The notes below the pieces were generated by a model, which did no database searches, was not told the origin of the DNA, and saw nothing but the letters and a program-made list of their open reading frames with translations. DNA of 28,360 nucleotides from Fibrobacterota bacterium. Lineage in GTDB: Bacteria > Fibrobacterota > Fibrobacteria > UBA11236. The stretch covers positions 1 through 28,360 of the forward strand of contig JAYUVP010000240.1 of NCBI GenBank assembly GCA_043753995.1, in the 5' to 3' direction. Below are positions 9,149 through 16,712 of this stretch, piece by piece; within the stretch, counting starts at the first letter, position 1; each line of letters begins with the position of its first letter. The position numbers and the translations under genes were made by a program.

Positions 9149-10123
9149 ATGCTCAAACTCCTCGTCGAAAACAAAAGGACCTTGGTTTTTTTAGGTGCTT
9201 TCATGGGGGGCCTCGCCCTCGCTCAAGCAGACGCCCTTCCCAGTTCCACATCGACATCACAAGAATCACAAACTCAACGCCACTGCGACACGACCCATGA
9301 CATGGTTTCGTGCGTGATGAAGGATGTGAACTGCAATCCAGGCCGCAACCAGGTTTCATTCCTGGCCAACATTACCCGCGACACCCTGCAAGGCAATCAA
9401 ATAGCCTTCCTCGCCAATATTGCCACGGCGCGCGTGAAGGGAATGCAAATGGGTCTCGGGTTCAATTATGCACGAGAAGTCGGCACCCAGCTTGGATGGA
9501 ATACGAATATCGCTCATCGCGTCGAGAAGCTGCAATTCGGTGGGCTCAATATCGCCGACACGGTGAACGGCACGCAAATCGGATGGGTGAATATTTCCAG
9601 GCAAATCGATGGCGCGAGTTTAGGTCTGCTGACCCTCTCCAAAAACGGCCTATTGCATCTCGATGCCTCGAGCGACATTACCGGCATGGCGCATTTGACT
9701 TTCGCCTCCGGACACAAATTCTATACGGCTTTCGATTTCGGATTCACCCCGGACGATGATTCGCACCCTTACAGTATTGGAATGGGCCTCGGTCGCCACT
9801 GGGAAGCGGGTTCTGGTTATTTTGAGGCTGAAATTTTTGCCCATTTGGTGGGCAATGAAAATACCACCGACGAGCAATGGGACCACCACGAGAACCATGG
9901 CGGCTTGAACGATGACGGCCTGAACCACCTCCTTCAGGTCAAGGCGCGTATGGGTCAACCCCTATTCGGCAAGGTCGGAATATTTGCCGGCATCAGCTAC
10001 AGTGCTTTGCTGCATGGCGACAACCAAGCCTTGATTCATCCTCGGACCGACGCCATGACTCAGTCTACCCATGAAGCAAAGTATTGGCCAGGCCTCGAAA
10101 TTGGGCTACGCTTTGGGCGATAA
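9149..10123 (+). CDS. Exported protein with Q/G/N surface repeats (LA_2272-like) and a probable C-terminal outer-membrane beta-barrel; paralogue of the C-terminal half of the caspase
   Basis: Signal peptide (…GGLALAQA); repeats GNQIAFLANIA / GMQMGLGFNYA / GTQIGWVNIS; terminal YWPGLEIGLRFGR resembles MWPGLHASIRIG in the 11597-13804 protein. Confidence 0.75.
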   Translation: MLKLLVENKRTLVFLGAFMGGLALAQADALPSSTSTSQESQTQRHCDTTHDMVSCVMKDVNCNPGRNQVSFLANITRDTLQGNQIAFLANIATARVKGMQMGLGFNYAREVGTQLGWNTNIAHRVEKLQFGGLNIADTVNGTQIGWVNISRQIDGASLGLLTLSKNGLLHLDASSDITGMAHLTFASGHKFYTAFDFGFTPDDDSHPYSIGMGLGRHWEAGSGYFEAEIFAHLVGNENTTDEQWDHHENHGGLNDDGLNHLLQVKARMGQPLFGKVGIFAGISYSALLHGDNQALIHPRTDAMTQSTHEAKYWPGLEIGLRFGR

Positions 10124-10154
10124 TCGCATAGGCGCCGATTTTTTCGACCTTAGG

Positions 10155-10181
10155 GTGACAGTATGTGCTTTCTCCGGTGTT
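10155..10181 (+). promoter_or_regulatory. Putative ECF sigma promoter, copy 3 (autoregulatory, before the sigma gene)
   Basis: GTGACA-N14-CGGTGTT, 13 nt upstream of ATG 10195. Confidence 0.65.
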
Positions 10182-10194
10182 TCAATGGATACCC

Positions 10195-10686
10195 ATGGCC
10201 CTAAACCTCGACCAACTTTATCGCCGCTATGGCTCTATGGTCTATCGGCGCTGCCTGCAATTACTGCGCGAACCCGGTGAAGCGGAGGACGCCATGCAAG
10301 ACACCTTTGTCAGACTGATGCGGTCCCAAGAAACCCTGGAGGAAAGCTTTCCCTCCAGCCTATTGTATACGACGGCGACCCATGTGGCGCTCAATCGGAT
10401 TCGCACCAGGCAAAGGCATCCTGAAAACCGGGATGAACAACTTTTATTCGATATCGCGACGGATGTGGATTTTGAGTCGGGCTTCGCGGCGGGGTCTTTC
10501 TTGAATCGCCTTTTCCAAGGGGAGCAACCGTCGTCACGCGTGATGGCCGTCATGCACTTCGTGGACGGGATGACGCTGGAAGAAGTAGCGGAGGCCTGCT
10601 CGCTCTCGGTTTCGGGTGTGCGCAAGCGTCTGCGGAAAATTCGTGAATCGGCGCTGGACTTGAAGGCCCTCGAAGAAGCGAGGTGA
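10195..10686 (+). CDS. ECF-family (sigma-70 group 4) RNA polymerase sigma factor
   Basis: Likely start ATG 10195. Region 2: LYRRYGSMVYRRC…EAEDAMQDTFVRL…LLYTTATHVALNRIR. Region 4: DGMTLEEVAEACSLSVSGVRKRL. Confidence 0.93.
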   Translation: MALNLDQLYRRYGSMVYRRCLQLLREPGEAEDAMQDTFVRLMRSQETLEESFPSSLLYTTATHVALNRIRTRQRHPENRDEQLLFDIATDVDFESGFAAGSFLNRLFQGEQPSSRVMAVMHFVDGMTLEEVAEACSLSVSGVRKRLRKIRESALDLKALEEAR

Positions 10687-10690
10687 GGAC

Positions 10691-11593
10691 ATGACAAAAC
10701 AGAATCCATTGGCTCACGGGGCTATCCCTCCCTCAAAACCCGTCACCGATTTCGCTTTGGAACGGTTTCGACTCGGAGAACTGCCGCCGAAAGAAATCGA
10801 AGCCATGCAGCTTCGCTTGTCGCACGATGCTGCCTTGCGCGAAAGGTTGCGCGTCCTTGAAACCCAAGAGGTGGAATTCCTCAAAAGCCATCCGGCAGAA
10901 AATTGGGTTTCCCGTATAGAGAATGCATCCAATCCTAAACCAGTGCTTCCATCTCAGTCGAGTGCCACAAGGCCCGCGAAGTCGGCGGGTGGGTTTTCGC
11001 GTCTGACGAATGGGTTTTTGGATCATCTTCGATTTTTTGATCAACGCCGGACGCAATTTGCGTTTGGATTTGCCGCGCTCGTTTTGGCGACAATTCCGGT
11101 TTGGTTGCAACAACCATCCAAGATGGAGGCTGGCATTCGATTGAAAGGGCAAAGCGCCGAATTGAAACTGTATTGTAAAACCGATACGGGGGCCTCGCCT
11201 TTAAAGCCAGGCGCCCAGGTCAAAGCGGGGGATGCTATACAAATCGAGTTCCATCCGGGATTGTATGGCTTTGGTGCCATCGTCTCGGTGGATGGCAAAG
11301 GTTCGGTGACCTGGCATTGGCCGGCTAGCCCCGAAGGGAATTCCCGGATCGTGACCTTGGCCGATTTTCGATTGCCGAATGCTTTTCAGCTGGATAGCGC
11401 TCCCCGCTTCGAAAGGTTTTACCTGGTGCTTTCCAAAGACTCCCTGGACTTGAATTCCCTGGGCGCCAACTTGGCCGAAAGCAGCCGGCAGGATGTCGAG
11501 TGGATTTCGAAACGGATATCACAAGGCGAACAGGACGGACAACGCGACCCGAATGTCAAGGTCATTGCCTTTCCCCTCCTGAAGGCGCCCTGA
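10691..11593 (+). CDS. Putative anti-sigma factor, ActD-like, single TM, C-terminal DUF4384-like beta-sandwich
   Basis: GAGG RBS, and the ATG lies 4 nt after the sigma stop. N-terminal helical LERFRLGELPPKE…L..D.ALRERL domain without HxxxCxxC; TM FAFGFAALVLATIPVWL; RLKG motif; then LKPG..VKAGD.IQ…IVSVDGKGSVT..WP…LP.AFQLD..P.FERFYLV. Confidence 0.75.
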   Translation: MTKQNPLAHGAIPPSKPVTDFALERFRLGELPPKEIEAMQLRLSHDAALRERLRVLETQEVEFLKSHPAENWVSRIENASNPKPVLPSQSSATRPAKSAGGFSRLTNGFLDHLRFFDQRRTQFAFGFAALVLATIPVWLQQPSKMEAGIRLKGQSAELKLYCKTDTGASPLKPGAQVKAGDAIQIEFHPGLYGFGAIVSVDGKGSVTWHWPASPEGNSRIVTLADFRLPNAFQLDSAPRFERFYLVLSKDSLDLNSLGANLAESSRQDVEWISKRISQGEQDGQRDPNVKVIAFPLLKAP

Positions 11594-11596
11594 TTT

Positions 11597-13804
11597 GTGC
11601 GTAAAGCTTTTCGCTTCATGATCTGGGGCACAAGTCCGAAACTATTTACCGCCTTTTGGCTAACGGTCCTTTGCCTTTCGGCCAATATCGTCTCAGGCGA
11701 ACCCACCCGCCGCTTGGCTTTGATGGTAGGCGTCAATGATGGCGGCCGCGATCGGGTACGGTTGCAATATGCGGTAAGCGATGCCGCCACCTTTGCCGGC
11801 TCGATGCGGGAATTGGGCGGGGTCGAAGCCGAGGATATTCTCCTTTTGCGCGAAGCCTCGGTAGAAGCGATGGAAGCAGCCTTTATTTCCCTTCACCGCC
11901 TGGCCACCTCAGCCAAGCGAAATGGCGAGCGCGTCGAGATTGTGGTTTTTTATTCCGGGCATGCGGATGAACAAGGGCTGCTCCTGCATGGCCAACATTT
12001 TTCTTTCGACCGATTTCGTTCCAAGGTCCATTCGCTTCCCGCCGAAGTTCGCATCGCCGTGGTGGATGCCTGTGCCTCCGGCGCTTTGATTAAACGCAAG
12101 GGCGGACGCGCCATCCCTACCTTTCTCGCCGACGAATCGCGCCAAGCCCAGGGTTATGCTTTTCTCACCAGCAGCTCGTCCGATGAGGCCGCGCAAGAAA
12201 GCGATCGCATTCGCGCCTCTTATTTCTCGCATTTCCTGAATACGGGTTTGCGCGGCGCAGCCGACGCTTCGCAAGACGGCCGCATCACCTTGCACGAGGC
12301 CTATGCCTACGCCTACCGGGAAACCTTGGACCAAACCGAGCGCAGCGCGGCCGGCCCGCAACATGCCAGTTATGACATGAACTTCACGGGGTCGGGCGAT
12401 GTGGTCATGACCGAATTGCAAAGAGCCCAAGCGACCTTGATCTTTCCGGATTCCCTGCTCGGTCGCTTTTTTATTCGTGATGCCCGTAACCGTCTCCTCG
12501 CCGAAGTGCAAAAAACCGAAATCAAACCCGTGAGGCTTGCCCTCGAACCCGGGCAATACTCGGTGTATTGGCATCATCAGAATGTCATTGAGGTTGGCAA
12601 TATCATTTTGAAAAAAGGAGATGCCCTGCAGGTCAAGCCTGATACGGAATGGAAAGCGGTGGGTAAAGAAAGAACGGTGAGCCGGGGAAAGTCAGCCTTC
12701 AACCCAAATGCTTTCGGTCTGGAAAACGCGTCTAAGACCATGGACTCCGAAGATTGGGATGGAAATTTAGAGGAAGAGTCGCAATACCACTGGCGACACC
12801 TCAAAACCGAAGAGGACTTCAGGGGCATGCAATTCACTTGGGGGTTTAACCAAGCCAATCGGCGATTCGAAGGTGAGCAATTCGCTTTCTTCGGTAATTT
12901 CGTTGGGTCTACGATGAATGGCGTGCAAGCCGCCGGACTTTATAATGTGGCGCTCGGTCAGGTGAAGGGCGGCCAAGTTTCGAGTTTCGCCAATATCGCC
13001 GCGGACGATGTGCGCGGCTTGCAATTCTCGACCGGGATCAATGTTGCTCGCACCATGTCTCAGGGCGTGCAAATGGGTAGCTCTTTCAACTATGTGGGCG
13101 GTAGCGCCACGGGTGTGCAATTCTGTCCCTTTTTGAATTTGACACGAGGATCTTTTTCCGGTTTTCAAAGTGGGATGGGAGTCAACTATGTGGGAAGCCA
13201 ATTCAAGGGAACCCAATTTTTGAATGTGCTGAATTGGGTAGGCGGCACGGTGGAAGGTTATCAACTGGGCATTATCAATGTGGCGAAGTCCTACCGGTCC
13301 GGGACTCCTATCGGCCTATTGAATTTTGTCGGCGATGGAACTTGGCGGGGCGAGGCCTGGATGGATGAAACCGGATTTCAACACTATGGTTTCATCTCGG
13401 GTTCGCGGGTGATGAATACTCGCCTTGCCCTGGGGCAGAATACCTCCACCCCGGTGGAGCTCGGAGCCTTGACCTTGGAAGCGGCAGGGCATTTCAACCT
13501 AACCCCAGGGCCGACCTTCTTCTTAGAGCCCGGGCTCATGGGCACGGTGATGGGAAGCGATGAAGATGAGAGTCACGCAGAATTTCCTGACATGCTGGCG
13601 CGATTGCGTTTGACTCTTGGCGTGGATATTGGACCGTATATCTCCATCGCGGGAGGCGTGAGCTGGGCCTGTCTTTTCACACCATCCGATCGAGCCCCCT
13701 TGGTCGGACGCATGGTGGCCCAAAGCCACTATTTCGATAACCAATTCCATATGTGGCCTGGTTTGCATGCCTCGATTCGCATCGGCACCTATGGGCATCT
13801 CTGA
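11597..13804 (+). CDS. Exported caspase-family (peptidase C14) protease fused to Q/G/N repeats and a probable outer-membrane beta-barrel (start GTG 11597 or ATG 11618)
   Basis: Signal-like TAFWLTVLCLSANIVSG; RLALMVGVN…LQYAVSDA; catalytic FYSGHA (His codon 11960) and VDACASG (Cys codon 12071); SYFSHFL..GLRGAAD…DGRITL.EAY.Y; G.Q…N repeats; C-terminal WPG strand. Confidence 0.9.
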   Translation: MRKAFRFMIWGTSPKLFTAFWLTVLCLSANIVSGEPTRRLALMVGVNDGGRDRVRLQYAVSDAATFAGSMRELGGVEAEDILLLREASVEAMEAAFISLHRLATSAKRNGERVEIVVFYSGHADEQGLLLHGQHFSFDRFRSKVHSLPAEVRIAVVDACASGALIKRKGGRAIPTFLADESRQAQGYAFLTSSSSDEAAQESDRIRASYFSHFLNTGLRGAADASQDGRITLHEAYAYAYRETLDQTERSAAGPQHASYDMNFTGSGDVVMTELQRAQATLIFPDSLLGRFFIRDARNRLLAEVQKTEIKPVRLALEPGQYSVYWHHQNVIEVGNIILKKGDALQVKPDTEWKAVGKERTVSRGKSAFNPNAFGLENASKTMDSEDWDGNLEEESQYHWRHLKTEEDFRGMQFTWGFNQANRRFEGEQFAFFGNFVGSTMNGVQAAGLYNVALGQVKGGQVSSFANIAADDVRGLQFSTGINVARTMSQGVQMGSSFNYVGGSATGVQFCPFLNLTRGSFSGFQSGMGVNYVGSQFKGTQFLNVLNWVGGTVEGYQLGIINVAKSYRSGTPIGLLNFVGDGTWRGEAWMDETGFQHYGFISGSRVMNTRLALGQNTSTPVELGALTLEAAGHFNLTPGPTFFLEPGLMGTVMGSDEDESHAEFPDMLARLRLTLGVDIGPYISIAGGVSWACLFTPSDRAPLVGRMVAQSHYFDNQFHMWPGLHASIRIGTYGHL

Positions 13805-13854
13805 AATGCACACTGGAATCGTGCAAATCGTAAGATTGAATTATTTCACTTGCA

Positions 13855-15012
13855 CTATTCTGGAATAGGTTTCCCCGGTCTTAACTCCGCGAGAAATTTT
13901 CCACAGGGGATGCAGCGAATTCCCTCATGGACGTATGAATCCGGACCCCGATGGAGCAGGTATCGCTTGGCAATCGGATATTCCTCACCGATAGCCATGA
14001 GTCCCGAAAAATCTTCGGGGCGTATTCTCTTCGAATTCTTGACCTCGATGGCATGCATGCCGTCTTTTCCGTAAACGACAAAGTCCACTTCATTGCCTGC
14101 CCGTGTACGCCAATACGACAGCGTATGCTTGTCCCCGCTATAACTGATCCAGGCGCGTAAGTGCTGAAAAACCAGGCCTTCCAGGGCGGCGCCGTCCACC
14201 ATTCCCGGATCATCTAAGGGACCCATGGGCCTGAGGCTGCGGAAAATGCCCGTGTCGAAGTAGTAGAACTTGGGATGACTGGCCAAGGCCCGCTTCGATC
14301 TTTTCTGGAATACCGGCACTCGATGGCCGAGCAATAAATCTTCTAGGACGTCCAGATATCCTTCGGCTGTTTTTTGCCCGACTTGGCATTCGCGAGCGAC
14401 ATGGCTCAGATTCAGTATCGAGCCATGCGAAAAGGAAATAGCCTCCAAGAAGCGGGCGAAAGATCCGATATTCCTAACCAAGCCCTCGGCCTGAACTTCT
14501 TCCTTGAGATATAAAGCAGCATAAGAGGCCAAGGTGCCTTCGGGATCTTTGGCATTCATCACCAGGGGTACGAGCCCATATTTCAATGCTTTTTCTAAGT
14601 CGAATTTCTTTCCCAATTCAGCGGCCATGAAGGGATGAAGGTTGCGGATCAAGGCGCGACCGGCAAGCAAATCGACTCCGGATCGTTTCAACTTTCGCGA
14701 ACTGGATCCTGTCAGGATGAATCGGATTTTTTTGCGACTTTCGATCAAAGAATGGACTTCATCCAGCAGGGCGGGAGCTTTCTGAATCTCATCCAGAATA
14801 ACAGTATCCGCTGTAGGACTCCCATCCATGAGCTCCCTCAGCCGTTCTGGATTGGCGGTGAGGGTCCGGAATAAATCCATCCTGAGAAGATCCAGGTACA
14901 GAACTTTCGCTCCGAAATGGTCCCGTATCCAGGTTGATTTACCCGTACCTCGGGGCCCGAAAAGGAAAAAGCTCTGATCCGGGGGCGTTAAAAACCGAGA
15001 TAATGTCTCCAT
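13855..15012 (-). CDS. AAA+ ATPase, AAA_14 plus DUF4143 family
   Basis: Likely ATG at 15012. Walker A GPRGTGKST, Walker B VILDEIQK, LTGSS, LAGR, PKFYYFDTG, and a C-terminal EVDFV…AIEVK nuclease-like motif. Confidence 0.9.
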   Translation of the reverse strand: METLSRFLTPPDQSFFLFGPRGTGKSTWIRDHFGAKVLYLDLLRMDLFRTLTANPERLRELMDGSPTADTVILDEIQKAPALLDEVHSLIESRKKIRFILTGSSSRKLKRSGVDLLAGRALIRNLHPFMAAELGKKFDLEKALKYGLVPLVMNAKDPEGTLASYAALYLKEEVQAEGLVRNIGSFARFLEAISFSHGSILNLSHVARECQVGQKTAEGYLDVLEDLLLGHRVPVFQKRSKRALASHPKFYYFDTGIFRSLRPMGPLDDPGMVDGAALEGLVFQHLRAWISYSGDKHTLSYWRTRAGNEVDFVVYGKDGMHAIEVKNSKRIRPEDFSGLMAIGEEYPIAKRYLLHRGPDSYVHEGIRCIPCGKFLAELRPGKPIPE

Positions 15013-15112
15013 TTTGAGTCTTATTTTAGAATATCCAACTCTAAATTGCAAGTTTCATCTGGGTGAAAAAACGGGCCTTGTCCAAAGCCGCGGGGAGGTA
15101 GAATTAAGGCAC

Positions 15113-16711
15113 ATGGGACAGGAGCGCATCATTCGAGGAAAGTTGGGAATCGTTTTCCTCATGGCCGGAATGCTCGGCATGGCGGCAGCGCAAGGCCCGG
15201 GATTAGGGAATCTGACCTATTCTTCCACGGAAGTAGGTCGGACATTAAGCCTCATCGTCAACCGGGAAGGCCATGGATGGGTGGCCATGCATCGAGGCTA
15301 TCTCGCGGTGCTTTTCTCGCAAGACGGCGGACTGGGGGGCGGCGCGATTTCTTTTCTTGACGTCAGCAATCCGCGCTTGCCGAAACTGGTGCATGTGCGG
15401 GACGACTCGGTAACACAACAATTGCGCGAGCCGCATGGCTGGGGTATGCGCGGTGACTTCGCCGTGCTGCAGGCGAATCACGGCATGCATTTTTGGAATT
15501 TTTCGGACGTGCGTAATCCCGTGCGCGTCAGCTATCTGGAACTCCCCCTCATTACCATCAGTGACTATGATAACGGTTTGTGGTGGACGCATTGGCAGGG
15601 AGGCTATGTCTACGGAGGCGGATCGGGTAATGGCCTTTATATCGTGGATGCACGTGACCCCGCTAAACCGGTATTCATCAAGCGAATCGCTACGAGCCAA
15701 ACGGGAGGCTTCCGCATTGGCCCCACCCATGCCATCGGCAACTTGCTGGTGCTCAGCAGCACCGACGCGCAAGGCGCCTCCCTGCTCGACATCAGCGACC
15801 CCGAGAATCCCCGCCTGCTCTCCGTTCTCAGCCCCACCGCCAGCGGGACGGCCTCCTATGCCACCATGGTGAATGGGAATCGCCTCGTCTTCGCTGGCGC
15901 CACCATCGGCACGACAGCGAACAATGGCAAGGCACTCGTCTACGATATCCGGAATCCCTCGGCCCCGGTCCTATTGGGCAAATCCGCCGCGCTACCCACG
16001 GGAACAGGGGACGACAAGGGAGGGTATGTTGGGTTTCAGGATCAATACGTGTTCGTAGGTTTTTCCGAGCGGGGTTTCGCCAAGGTGGACTTGTCGCAGG
16101 CGAGCTTTCCTGTGGTCACCACCGGCTCCTCCGGACTCGCGGGTCGGGATGAAGACTTTGCCGTGCCACTGGGTAATCTGGTCTTCGTCGCCAACGATCA
16201 CCCCGGCCAAGGCAGCTCCCTGATACCCCATCAGGCCGCCCGCGACACTATAGGCCCTCGCGTGAACATGATTGTCCCCGCCGATGGTTCGGTCAATCAG
16301 GCCTTGACCAGCCGCGTGGGTGCGACCTTCACCGATCAACTAGATGGCCTCACCGTCGGAAGCGCCAATTTCACGGTTCGCCCCTTGGGAGGATCCCCGC
16401 TGGAAGGTTGGTATGCGGTGCAGAACGGAGTGGTGAATTTCCAGCCCACCAAGCCTCTGCTTCCCAATACCATTTACGAAGTCATGGTGGCAGCAGGCGG
16501 CATCCGTGATTATTCCGGGAATTCGGTGCCGGAGCGGTTTCGCAGCCTGTTCAGTACGGGGACTAGCGTCACGGATGTTAAAATGGGAAATCCTTCCAAA
16601 GCAACTCTTCAGCGAAGTCCCGTCGCGAAAGCGGTTTTCCAGTGGGACGACAAACAGGTGAATGCCGAAGGCCGGACCCTGGTTCCCTCCGCTGTCCCAG
16701 CACGGAAATAG
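15113..16711 (+). CDS. Secreted LVIVD-repeat beta-propeller protein with an Ig-like (Big_5/SbsA-like) domain
   Basis: Likely ATG 15113; signal peptide (…GMAAA-Q); repeats FLDVSNPRLP, IVDARDPAKP, LLDISDPENP, VYDIRNPSAP; C-terminal DT.GP.V…P.DG…F.D.LD…F.P..PL.PNT.YEV…GIRD.SGN…F.TG. Confidence 0.8.
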   Translation: MGQERIIRGKLGIVFLMAGMLGMAAAQGPGLGNLTYSSTEVGRTLSLIVNREGHGWVAMHRGYLAVLFSQDGGLGGGAISFLDVSNPRLPKLVHVRDDSVTQQLREPHGWGMRGDFAVLQANHGMHFWNFSDVRNPVRVSYLELPLITISDYDNGLWWTHWQGGYVYGGGSGNGLYIVDARDPAKPVFIKRIATSQTGGFRIGPTHAIGNLLVLSSTDAQGASLLDISDPENPRLLSVLSPTASGTASYATMVNGNRLVFAGATIGTTANNGKALVYDIRNPSAPVLLGKSAALPTGTGDDKGGYVGFQDQYVFVGFSERGFAKVDLSQASFPVVTTGSSGLAGRDEDFAVPLGNLVFVANDHPGQGSSLIPHQAARDTIGPRVNMIVPADGSVNQALTSRVGATFTDQLDGLTVGSANFTVRPLGGSPLEGWYAVQNGVVNFQPTKPLLPNTIYEVMVAAGGIRDYSGNSVPERFRSLFSTGTSVTDVKMGNPSKATLQRSPVAKAVFQWDDKQVNAEGRTLVPSAVPARK

Positions 16712-16712
16712 G

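Noticed and set aside
13848..15053. ACTTGCA / TGCAAGT inverted 7-mers flanking the AAA ATPase as mobile-element ends
   Set aside because: The match is too short, with no target duplication and no transposase.
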